NCBI GenBank assembly: GCA_964536975.1
Contig: CAZHYS010000003.1
Span: 15,419 to 79,418 of the forward strand
DNA: 64,000 nucleotides
Direction: 5' to 3'
From: an uncultured Gammaproteobacteria bacterium
GTDB lineage: Bacteria; Patescibacteriota; Patescibacteriia; 2-01-FULL-39-33
Shown: positions 18,123 to 26,080 of the stretch, in pieces
Numbering within the stretch: position 1 is the first letter of the stretch
How the letters are laid out: each line of letters begins with the position of its first letter
Program-made: the position numbers and the translations under genes
The notes under the pieces: generated by a model
Told to the model about the DNA's origin: nothing
The model's input: only the letters and a program-made list of their open reading frames with translations
The model's database searches: none

Positions 18123-18216
18123 TGGCTGGTTGTCATTAGTATTTTTGCCAGATGATTTAAAAAGAAAAAATCCGTTCCGAAACCCCTCGGAACGGATGAC
18201 GTGACATATAAGGCGG

Positions 18217-18420
18217 TTATGTCCGCCTCGTTTGTCTTTCTTGAAGGTATAAATCCCAACTGGTTTGCGCTTCAGAGATATTATTGGCTCCTATCGCCTT
18301 ATTGTGAAATTCCCAGTTCGAGTGCGTCAGGGCCATGCCTCGTAAGAACTCCAAGGCATTGTCTTCCCTCAACCTTTCCGGAGTGTTTGGCGGGCGTAGA
18401 TATGCCGGCGTTATGCTCAT
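18217..18420 (-). CDS. small hypothetical protein (67 aa)
   Basis: A strong taaggaggtg RBS lies 5 nt before the ATG. A hairpin plus T-run terminator follows at 18168-18200. GC is higher than in the flanks. Confidence 0.45.
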   Translation of the reverse strand: MSITPAYLRPPNTPERLREDNALEFLRGMALTHSNWEFHNKAIGANNISEAQTSWDLYLQERQTRRT

Positions 18421-18583
18421 AAGCCACCTCCTTAGTCATATTTGTACCGTACTGCGCCTCCTTTTACTTAAAGATATTATAAAATTTTCATCGTCTTTTG
18501 CAAACAGTTTTTGTCAATAGTCGGCCAAGACTTTCGTCGGATGTGCTATAATGATAAAGTCAGTTGGCAAAAAGCCGAAAAAT

Positions 18584-20068
18584 ATGAAAAATAGTAAAAA
18601 AGTCATTATTATTGGCGCCGGTCCGGGCGGCCTGACCAGCGGCATGATTTTGTCCCATCGGGGACTTGATGTATCTATTTTTGAGAAAAATGATTATTTG
18701 GGCGGTCGCAATGGAGCTATTTCTGAACAGGGATTTGTCTTTGATATTGGGCCGACTTTTTTGATGATGAAATATATTTTGGATGAGATGTTTGAGCTGT
18801 CCGGCCGACGAAGTGGCGACTATCTGGATTTTTACGAGCTTGATCCGATGTATCACCTCAAATTTTCCGATTTTGAATTACCGGTCAGCGCCAACCCTGA
18901 CAAGATGAGGCAAGCAATCAAAAAATATTTTCCCGGCGAGGAAGCCGGCTTAGATAAATTTATTGCCAAAGAAAAAAAACGCTTTGAAAAAGTCGTTGCT
19001 TGTTTTGAAAAAGATTATTCTGATTTTTATCACATGGTCGCGCCGCCGCTTCTGCCGGCCATTCCCCATTTATCTCTCGGCCGGTCGCTGTATCGGGAAT
19101 TAGGATCATATTTTCATAGCGATAAGCTGAAAATCGCTTTTACTTTCCAGGCCAAATACCTTGGCATGAGTCCGTGGCAATGCCCGGCGGCCTTTATGAT
19201 TATTCCTTACATTGAGCATCGATTCGGCATCTATCATGTTAAGGGCGGCCTTAGTAAGATTTCCGAGGCGATGGCCAAGGTGATCAGAGAAGACGGCGGC
19301 AAGATAAATTTGTCTTCACCGGTAAAAAGAGTGATAACAGAAAAGAAAAAAGCAGTCGGAGTAGAACTTGCCGATGGCAGCCGGATTTTTGGCGATTATA
19401 TTATTATCAATGCTGACTTTTCTCAAGCGATGACGACTCTGTTTGAGCCGGGCTTTCTCAAAAAATATGCTCCGGCAAAGATTATGAAAAAGAGATATTC
19501 TTGTTCCACCTTCATGCTCTATCTCGGCCTGGACAAGATTTATGACGAGCCGCATCATAAAATTATCATTGCTGACGACTACAAGAACAACATTGACAAG
19601 ATCTCAAAGCATCAGCCACTGAAAGATGATTTTTCCATTTATGTCAGGAATGCCAGTATTACTGATCCGACTTTGGCCCCGGCCGGCAAATCGGCAGTTT
19701 ATGTTTTGGTGCCGGTAGCCAACAATAAGAGCGGAATTGATTGGAATACCGAAAAAGAATATTTTCGGGACAAGGTGATGGAGATAATCAAGCGCCGCAC
19801 TTCCATGAGTGATATTGAAAGCCACGTTGAGCTTGAAAAAATAATAACACCTCTTGACTGGGCCGAAGAAAGAGATGTTTATTTGGGCGCCACTTTTAAT
19901 TTATCTCACAACCTATCTCAAATGCTTTATTTTCGCCCGCATAACAAGTTTGAAGAGGCGGGCAACTGTTTTTTGGTGGGTGGTGGCACTCATCCGGGCA
20001 GCGGCTTGCCGACGATTTATGAGTCCGGAAGGATCACGGCCGATTTGATAAGTAAATTAACCAAATAA
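18584..20068 (+). CDS. phytoene desaturase (CrtI)-family FAD-dependent oxidoreductase
   Basis: It has the dinucleotide-binding motif VIIIGAGPGGLTSGMILSHRGLDVSIFEKNDYLGGR. The ORF-track start at 18551 overlaps an extended -10 (tgctataat at 18543-18551), so I use the ATG at 18584. Confidence 0.7.
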   Translation: MKNSKKVIIIGAGPGGLTSGMILSHRGLDVSIFEKNDYLGGRNGAISEQGFVFDIGPTFLMMKYILDEMFELSGRRSGDYLDFYELDPMYHLKFSDFELPVSANPDKMRQAIKKYFPGEEAGLDKFIAKEKKRFEKVVACFEKDYSDFYHMVAPPLLPAIPHLSLGRSLYRELGSYFHSDKLKIAFTFQAKYLGMSPWQCPAAFMIIPYIEHRFGIYHVKGGLSKISEAMAKVIREDGGKINLSSPVKRVITEKKKAVGVELADGSRIFGDYIIINADFSQAMTTLFEPGFLKKYAPAKIMKKRYSCSTFMLYLGLDKIYDEPHHKIIIADDYKNNIDKISKHQPLKDDFSIYVRNASITDPTLAPAGKSAVYVLVPVANNKSGIDWNTEKEYFRDKVMEIIKRRTSMSDIESHVELEKIITPLDWAEERDVYLGATFNLSHNLSQMLYFRPHNKFEEAGNCFLVGGGTHPGSGLPTIYESGRITADLISKLTK

Positions 20069-20094
20069 AAAAACTAATTAATAAATCAAAAACC

Positions 20095-20886
20095 ATGAAA
20101 AAAATTATTTTTGGCGGAGGGTTGGCGGCGTTTGTTGGCATAGTTGTTTTCGCCGGCGCTGTTTCGGCGGCGGACAATGGCCAAAAGAGCCAAAACCAGA
20201 ATCAAAATCAAATTGAAGCCAGACAGGATTGCGAAGGCGGCGATTCAAATTCAGATTGCGTAGGAAGCGACGAACCGATTCTGATAACAGCGCAAGAGCA
20301 GGAAAGAGAAAGGGAGAGGATTAATAATACGGCAGGCTCATCTACTGCTACTACTACACCCGGACTGATAAGGGCGAGAAACATTCAGGAGCTTCAAGAA
20401 GCCATTAGGACGGCCAGGGAGGAATTCAAAGAAGAGTTGGACGCCCTGAAAGATCAGCGGAAAAAGGAAGTCCTGGAAAAACAAAATGCCGTTCGCGAAG
20501 CGGTTCATGCTCTGTTGGCTTCTGAGGATTTGACTGGCGGTATCGGCGAGCAGGTCTCGGCGATCGCGCGGGAGTTTAATAATTCCGTGGAAAAAACCAT
20601 TGCCAATGAGGAACGGATAAACAATCGCAACCGCGTGGCCAGATTTTTCTTGGGCGGCGACAAGGAAGCGGCTCGGGAAATGCAGCAGGAAGTCAATCAA
20701 AACATGGAAAGACTGAATAATTTGCAAGAATTGTATGATAATTGCAATTGCGATGAAGCGGTAAAAAATCTAATCCAAGAGCAGATCCAAAATATTGAAC
20801 AAGAGCAGGAAAGATTGCAGCAAGTGGTTGAAAATCAATCAGCTAAGGGAGTCTGGGGCTGGATAAAAGGATTATTTGGCCGATAG
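20095..20886 (+). CDS. secreted Q/N/E-rich coiled-coil hypothetical protein
   Basis: It has a signal peptide (MKKIIFGGGLAAFVGIVVFAGAVSAA) and a low-complexity coiled-coil region. Confidence 0.55.
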   Translation: MKKIIFGGGLAAFVGIVVFAGAVSAADNGQKSQNQNQNQIEARQDCEGGDSNSDCVGSDEPILITAQEQERERERINNTAGSSTATTTPGLIRARNIQELQEAIRTAREEFKEELDALKDQRKKEVLEKQNAVREAVHALLASEDLTGGIGEQVSAIAREFNNSVEKTIANEERINNRNRVARFFLGGDKEAAREMQQEVNQNMERLNNLQELYDNCNCDEAVKNLIQEQIQNIEQEQERLQQVVENQSAKGVWGWIKGLFGR

Positions 20887-20913
20887 ACACGGATTATTGT
20901 TACTTTTTTTATT

Positions 20914-20943
20914 AAAACCGCCCGAGCATTCAGGCGGTTTTTT
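20914..20943 (+). terminator. intrinsic terminator
   Basis: The hairpin aaaaccgcccgagcattcaggcggtttttt. Confidence 0.6.
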
Positions 20944-21082
20944 GTCTCTTGATTTTTTATGCCAGAAGGTGTAAAACTGAAAGCAGTAAATGGGTCATTC
21001 ACAATTTGGAAGAAGTTGGGAGAGAGGCGGGAATATCTGTTCCCGCGAAACGCCATGAGAGAGGAAAAAAAGGAGATAAGTC

Positions 21083-22510
21083 ATGTCAGGACAAACGGGA
21101 ACAGAGTTGACGGAAGTTGTCGGGCAAGGAGTAGGTGGTGTGTTGGGAGGGTTTTTGGCCGTTGTTTTAGGCCGGAGAGACGGCGGATCAAATGGCGACG
21201 GGCACATCAACCCTGAGACTTTTTTGACCGCCGGCCAAGAGTCGGGATTCAGGATTGATATGGCCGGCATGCTCGGTGGTGTCCTCGATGCCCAATTAGC
21301 CAATGTCGTATCCATGGAGGCGGCATGCCAAAAGATGAGAGAGCGGATCGAGGCGAGCCGGGTATTGGTTGCTGGACTAACCGTTGGTGTTGAGCCGGCG
21401 GTCAAACCGCCCGAGCCGGAGGAGGACGGCCGGAGTCCGACCAAAAAAGAAGAGGAAAAAGCGGCTGGCACCGAAACGGAACAGTCGGATGAGGCTATTG
21501 CCAAAATGTCGGCGCCGGAACACATCGTCTCAGTTTTGAAGCCCATTAAGGGCAGGGCGGTTGTTGAAGTCGCTCATATTAAGACCGAAGGAGTCAAACG
21601 CGGTGTATCGGCGATGAGCATTAACTCTGCCTTACATTGCCTTCAGCAGGCGGATGCCATTGAAAGAGTTGGCCGTGGCACGATCCGCAAGGCAGCGGGC
21701 TGGAAAGATTATTTGGTTAAGTTTCTTTCCAGACACAAGAAAAATGGCAAACCCAGGGATGGCGCGATTCCGGTCAAATGTTGCCAAAGTGCGCGAACCG
21801 ACGCCCCACAAAAACAGACAAAGTCTGTACCGAAACCCCCGGGTGTTTCTCGCCGTCGTTCCGGCCCAACCTTATTTGGCCTAACCAAGGACATTTTGGC
21901 CGCAGAGTATCCGGAAGGGCTGACTTATCAGGAGATTGCCGAGCGGCTCTGCGCCTCTGCCGATTTTCCCAACAAAGACAATGACAGCGTCGTCAATCAG
22001 TTGATGACGATGGCTTGTCAACATAAGGAGGATTTTGTCAGAAGCAAAGAACGGCCTGTTCGGTTGACATTGGTTGTGTCGGGAGTGTCGGAAGAAGCGT
22101 TACCGTCGGCCGAAGACGATATTTTTGGCAGTGGGCGGATTCAAGCGTCGCCGGCGCCTGAAAAAAAGTCGGCAAAAGATCGCCTGCAGGAGCGCTTGCG
22201 CGGAAGGAAAAATGTCGGCCATGCATTTGAGCCGGATGCTCCTTCGCTTAATCGCCCCAAAGATGAAGCTGGGCGAGCTGCCTGGATGAAAGCGATTGAA
22301 CAGGTGGTCAATCATACGGAACACTCCCAAATGTCGCGCGACGACATTGCCGCCGTGTTTATGGGGAATAAAAGCCGATTCTTCTGCGTAAACGCGGAAT
22401 TGGATCCGAGCCAGATCAGAGATATCGTCTCAACGACGATAAATGATATGATTCGGACCAAAAAACTGCGGACCTGTTCCCCCGGCATCGTGACGACAGG
22501 AACTTTCTGA
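21083..22510 (+). CDS. hypothetical protein (475 aa), compositionally atypical (higher GC); possible winged-helix/HARE-HTH-like segment
   Basis: An aaggag RBS lies 7 nt upstream and a terminator follows at 22530-22566. The segment GLTKDILAAEYPEGLTYQEIAERL looks HTH-like. No catalytic motif is recognised. Confidence 0.5.
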   Translation: MSGQTGTELTEVVGQGVGGVLGGFLAVVLGRRDGGSNGDGHINPETFLTAGQESGFRIDMAGMLGGVLDAQLANVVSMEAACQKMRERIEASRVLVAGLTVGVEPAVKPPEPEEDGRSPTKKEEEKAAGTETEQSDEAIAKMSAPEHIVSVLKPIKGRAVVEVAHIKTEGVKRGVSAMSINSALHCLQQADAIERVGRGTIRKAAGWKDYLVKFLSRHKKNGKPRDGAIPVKCCQSARTDAPQKQTKSVPKPPGVSRRRSGPTLFGLTKDILAAEYPEGLTYQEIAERLCASADFPNKDNDSVVNQLMTMACQHKEDFVRSKERPVRLTLVVSGVSEEALPSAEDDIFGSGRIQASPAPEKKSAKDRLQERLRGRKNVGHAFEPDAPSLNRPKDEAGRAAWMKAIEQVVNHTEHSQMSRDDIAAVFMGNKSRFFCVNAELDPSQIRDIVSTTINDMIRTKKLRTCSPGIVTTGTF

Positions 22511-22529
22511 CAGTTGGATATCACCAAGT

Positions 22530-22566
22530 CCGCGTAGCAGGCAAAGTGCTTGCTACGCGGTTTTTT
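22530..22566 (+). terminator. intrinsic terminator
   Basis: The hairpin ccgcgtagcaggcaaagtgcttgctacgcgg is followed by tttttt. Confidence 0.65.
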
Positions 22567-22817
22567 GTTGGGTTATTTTTGTAATAAACTCCGCTCATAG
22601 AGATAGGAATGGCGGGGCTGATCTGGACGCGGATCGGCCCTTTTGTTTTTTGTAAAACCATCCTCCAATTATGTGGTTTCATCCCACAACAAATTTAATA
22701 CACTTTTTTAAAAATAGGGCCAGAAGTTTTTTAATAAATTCAAGTCATTGGATATTGTTTTAAAATTAAAAATTAAAAATTGGAAATTACAAAACAGCCC
22801 AAACGGGCTGTTTTGTC

Positions 22818-23075
22818 TGTGGGTGGCTACTGGGATAATCTTCGCGAATCGCCAACAGAAACTTGGCGATTTGCTCCGCCCTGGGTGGCGGCCAATCCTG
22901 CTCGCTTCGCCGAATCTAGGCGAGCGCCAGCCCTGCCTGCCGGCAGGCAGCTCGGATCGGCCTGAAGTTTCGCTTTGGCGCTCGCCTTCCGTCTCGCTTC
23001 TCGCTCAACTTGCCACCCGTTCAACTCCCGACCCAAATTAAAAAGATGGACAAAATAATGTCCATCTTTTTAATT
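22818..23075. repeat. GC-rich about 240-bp segment bounded by a direct repeat of the tRNA-His 3' end, with an inverted partial copy and central palindrome
   Basis: The string gggtggctactggga at 22822-22836 matches 23078-23092 in the tRNA. The stretch 23010-23040 is an imperfect inverted copy (...caactcccgacccaaatt). The palindrome aaaagatggacaaaataatgtccatctttt lies at 23041-23071. Confidence 0.6.
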
Positions 23076-23149
23076 TGGGTGGCTACTGGGAGTTGAACCC
23101 AGACTAACGGGACCACAACCCGCTGTTCTACCGCTAAACTATAGCCACC
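23076..23149 (-). tRNA. tRNA-His (anticodon GTG, encoded G-1)
   Basis: The reverse complement reads G-GTGGCTA...GCGGG-tTGTGgt-CCCGT...GGTTCAACTCC...TAGCCAC-C. Confidence 0.75.
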
Positions 23150-23273
23150 ATATAATAACACTTAACAATTAACATTTAACTGATGCGCTATTCTTGGCAA
23201 TTAATCATTAGCAATTTACAGTATAACTTCAGACCGGTTAAAGGTTAACTGTCAATTGTTAACTATTAACTTA

Positions 23274-23345
23274 TGCCCCCAGTAGGAATCGAACCTACAT
23301 CACAGGTTCCGGAAACCTGCGTTCTATCCATTGAACTATGAGGAC
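23274..23345 (-). tRNA. tRNA-Arg (anticodon CCG)
   Basis: The reverse complement reads GTCCTCA-TA-GTTCAATGGATAGAAC-G-CAGGT-tTCCGga-ACCTG...GGTTCGATTCC. The acceptor stem has two G-U pairs. Confidence 0.7.
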
Positions 23346-23368
23346 GATTGCCTGACGGGATCGGGCGG

Positions 23369-23442
23369 CGTCCGCGGCAGGATTCGAACCTGCGACCTAC
23401 AGCTTAGAAGGCTGTTGCTCTATCCAGCTGAGCTACGCGGAC
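23369..23442 (-). tRNA. tRNA-Arg (anticodon TCT)
   Basis: The reverse complement reads GTCCGCG-TA-GCTCAGCTGGATAGAGC-A-ACAGC-cTTCTaa-GCTGT...GGTTCGAATCC...CGCGGAC-G. Confidence 0.8.
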
Positions 23443-23509
23443 ATGATCAACTTACTATTATTATTAATTTGTAAGTTTTGCCAGTATTATATATGCTTTA
23501 GCACCGTTG

Positions 23510-23800
23510 CATTTTCCTCCCCCTTTACAAGGGGGAGGTAGGAGGGGGTAAATTAATTATGATATTTACCTCAATTACCCCTCCCTAACCCGTTCCTGGG
23601 CAGAGCTAATCGCTCCCAATGGTCGCGATTATCTACGCTCGCTTCGCATCGCTTCTGCCCGTCCTTCGGACCCCTTATAAATGGGAGGGAAAGAATAATC
23701 GTAAACAATGCTAACAATTTTTATAATTAAATTTTTAAAATTTTATTTCTTTACTCGTCTCGCCGTAGCCTTGGCGAAGGCGGAAGCTACGCGGACATAA
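23510..23800. repeat. CCTCC hairpin repeats (23516-23549, 23671-23690) and hairpin + cgaaggcggaagcta + tRNA-Arg(TCT) 5'-end copy (23752-23795)
   Basis: The string ctcgtctcgccgtagccttggcgaaggcggaagctacgcggac matches the tRNA 5' end (g)agctacgcggac at 23432-23442. Confidence 0.65.
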
Positions 23801-23994
23801 TGATTCTCTTAGAAAAAATAACTGTAAATAACTGTCAAAACCAAAAAGAATTCTATAGGGCATAAATCATGATAACAGTTTTTTGGGCAAAAGTCAATTG
23901 ATTTTTTTCGGATTATCTGGTAAAATTTGTTTGTTCAAAAGAGGGGGCATAATGTTGGCAGAAACACCCTCCAAATATAAATTAACTCCCAAAT

Positions 23995-24498
23995 ATGATA
24001 GAAGCCATCAAAAAAAGGCGGTCAGTAAGGAAATATCTCAATCAGGATATTTCCGAAGACCAACTGAAGGAGATTTTGACTGCGGCGATGTATGCGCCGT
24101 CGGCCAATGCTATTTATCCTTGGGATTTGATCGTAGTTCGGCGGAGCGAGACTAAGGAACTTTTGTCCAAGACGACCCCTTGGTCGGCCCATGCCAAGGA
24201 CGCAGCCGTGGTAATTGTCGTCGTCGGCAACGAAGAAGAAAGCCCCGACTGGGTGGAGGATTGCGCCATTGTCGCCGAACATATCTGGCTGGCGGCGGCT
24301 GAGCAAAATCTGTCCAGTTGCTGGATTCAGATCCGCGGCAATGATAATGCCGAAAAGGATGTCAAAGAGCTTCTCAATATTCCCCAGAAATATCGGGTTT
24401 TATGCCTGATGCCGATTGGCGCGCCGACTCAAGAGCCGGAAGAGCATGGTGAAACGGATTTTAATAAGAGTCGGGTAAAAAATGAGAAATACAAGTAA
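23995..24498 (+). CDS. nitroreductase-family protein
   Basis: It has KRRSVRKY...AAMYAPSANA motifs typical of the NADH-oxidase/nitroreductase fold. Confidence 0.75.
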   Translation: MIEAIKKRRSVRKYLNQDISEDQLKEILTAAMYAPSANAIYPWDLIVVRRSETKELLSKTTPWSAHAKDAAVVIVVVGNEEESPDWVEDCAIVAEHIWLAAAEQNLSSCWIQIRGNDNAEKDVKELLNIPQKYRVLCLMPIGAPTQEPEEHGETDFNKSRVKNEKYK

Positions 24499-24514
24499 AA
24501 TCATCAGTAAAAAA

Positions 24515-24538
24515 AGGAGCCAAAACGGCTCTTTTTTT
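24515..24538 (+). terminator. intrinsic terminator
   Basis: The hairpin aggagccaaaacggctcc is followed by a T-run. Confidence 0.55.
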
Positions 24539-24645
24539 GTCTCTTGACAAAGATTTGTAAATATGATATAATTATATATAGTACGTAATATTAAATAGCA
24601 GGGTGCTGTGGTGCGACAGCGGCAAACAATAAGGAGGATTTGCCG

Positions 24646-25095
24646 ATGTATGAAAGGAAGGATAAGTTAGTCCGGCAGGCGCGTGATTTGTTGGCTAAGG
24701 CGGGCTATAAGATTTCTGCCCGCCGAATAAACCGTGCCTTCACTTTTTCAAGCAAGTCGAGTGATCAATCCGGCAGTCACGCATTGTGGGGCGCGCTTCA
24801 AAATGCCAACCCCACAATTCTGGCGCGAAAGCTGGAGGCACGAGGGGTGGTCTTTCGTGGCAAGGTAGCGGTCGGCCGAAGGCATGACAGCAACAATCCC
24901 ACCCGCGCCTGGCGAGGAGGAAAAAGAGGGACAAAGGGAGTCAAATTATCCCCGCCAAAGAAAGAGCCAACCGTGCCGACTGTCGAGATGTCCGTCGAAA
25001 TTGAGGATGGGAATATCTGTCCCAACCCAAACTGCGGATATCACGACCCCAGCCCCGAAGCGACCAGGTGTCCCAGTTGCGGGACACTCTACTAA
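24646..25095 (+). CDS. hypothetical basic protein with C-terminal C4 zinc ribbon (CPNPNC...CPSCG); higher GC
   Basis: An aggagg RBS lies before the ATG at 24646. Its composition is atypical. Confidence 0.45.
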   Translation: MYERKDKLVRQARDLLAKAGYKISARRINRAFTFSSKSSDQSGSHALWGALQNANPTILARKLEARGVVFRGKVAVGRRHDSNNPTRAWRGGKRGTKGVKLSPPKKEPTVPTVEMSVEIEDGNICPNPNCGYHDPSPEATRCPSCGTLY

Positions 25096-25211
25096 ACTCC
25101 GCTTCATCACGCGGCCTAACTGATCAAACGCGATCGACCGGGCCGCTTATTTTTTTGTCTAAAAATTTTATTTTAGTTATAATTAACACAAGCGAAATCA
25201 ATCAAAATTTT

Positions 25212-25436
25212 ATGTGGAGCGGCAAAATCAAAAAAAATCCGCCGGTCTATACCGACAACCCGGTCAAGAAAACCATGTTGCAAAAAGTGATGCGGCCAAA
25301 GGATTGGGTGATGCTGGGGATACTTCTTGTTGTGTCGGCGGTATGCTGGACTTGGGTCTGGCGGGCCTATCAAGAGCCATTTGTCTATGATGATTTCTTC
25401 ATCTCTTCGGATATTTCCGCGGAGGCCGGCGCGTAA
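25212..25436 (+). CDS. small hypothetical 1-TM protein
   Basis: An internal ATG of ORF 25068-25436 is followed by a TM segment (MLGILLVVSAVCWTWVW). The support is weak. Confidence 0.25.
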   Translation: MWSGKIKKNPPVYTDNPVKKTMLQKVMRPKDWVMLGILLVVSAVCWTWVWRAYQEPFVYDDFFISSDISAEAGA

Positions 25437-25446
25437 TTTCATCGGT

Positions 25447-25475
25447 TGACAAAAGGCAAAAAATGTAATAAGATA
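25447..25475 (+). promoter_or_regulatory. sigma70-like promoter for rpsO (ttgaca-17-taagat) followed by a structured leader
   Basis: ttgaca and taagat are separated by a 17-nt spacer. The downstream leader contains tggcggcttgattccgccgg, a possible S15 autoregulatory structure. Confidence 0.5.
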
Positions 25476-25560
25476 GACCCATAACAATTAATGGCGATTT
25501 TCTTGGTTTTGGCGGCTTGATTCCGCCGGTTACTCGGAAAATCGTGACAAGGGGTTACCC

Positions 25561-25920
25561 ATGATTGACAAAAAAAAGAAGCAGCAAATCATCAAAAAGT
25601 TTGCTATTCACGACAACGACACCGGCTCTTCCGAAGTGCAAATAGCGCTACTCACGGAAGAAATCAAGAATCTGACCGAGCATTTGAAAAATCACAAGAA
25701 AGATTTTTCCTCCCGCCGGGGGTTGTTGCGCAAAGTTTCCGAACGGCGCAAGTTGTTGCGTTATTTGGAAAAAGAGAATTTAGAAAGCTTTGAGGAGTTG
25801 GTCAAAAAGCTCAAACTCAAAATTGCCAGACGCACTGACGAGATGGCGGAGATTATAGAAGAAGAGCTGGCTGAAGAAAAAAACATTGACGCGGAAGAAG
25901 ATGGCGGGGAGGAGAATTAA
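25561..25920 (+). CDS. rpsO: 30S ribosomal protein S15 with acidic C-terminal extension
   Basis: The core GSSEVQIALLTEEIKNLTEHLKNHKKDFSSRRGLLRKVSERRKLLRYL is the S15 signature. Confidence 0.85.
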   Translation: MIDKKKKQQIIKKFAIHDNDTGSSEVQIALLTEEIKNLTEHLKNHKKDFSSRRGLLRKVSERRKLLRYLEKENLESFEELVKKLKLKIARRTDEMAEIIEEELAEEKNIDAEEDGGEEN

Positions 25921-26080
25921 TATTCTCCTCTTTGCTGTTTTAAAATAATAAAAACAATTAATTAACGCGAATCGATCAAGGCGATTATTTATTTGAAAGC
26001 AAGCGGATTGTTTGGACAAGGACCAAAGATTCCGATTGTCTTCAAATAAATGCCCGATCGATTCCAGAAAGGAATTTTTT

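Noticed and set aside
18201-18520. Plus-strand small ORFs 18201-18422 and 18335-18520
   Set aside because: Only the minus-strand ORF 18217-18420 has a consensus RBS and a terminator. The plus-strand frames lack signals.
22748-23041. ORFs 22748-23041 and 22780-22965 (+) and 22827-23036 (-)
   Set aside because: They overlap the GC-rich insert between the tRNA-His direct repeats. There is no RBS and the frames are mutually overlapping. More likely the region is noncoding or structured.
26012-26080. Upstream in-frame start of pnp (MDKDQRF...)
   Set aside because: PNPase homology begins at MSNVQKF (26081). The extension covers the rpsO-pnp intergenic leader.
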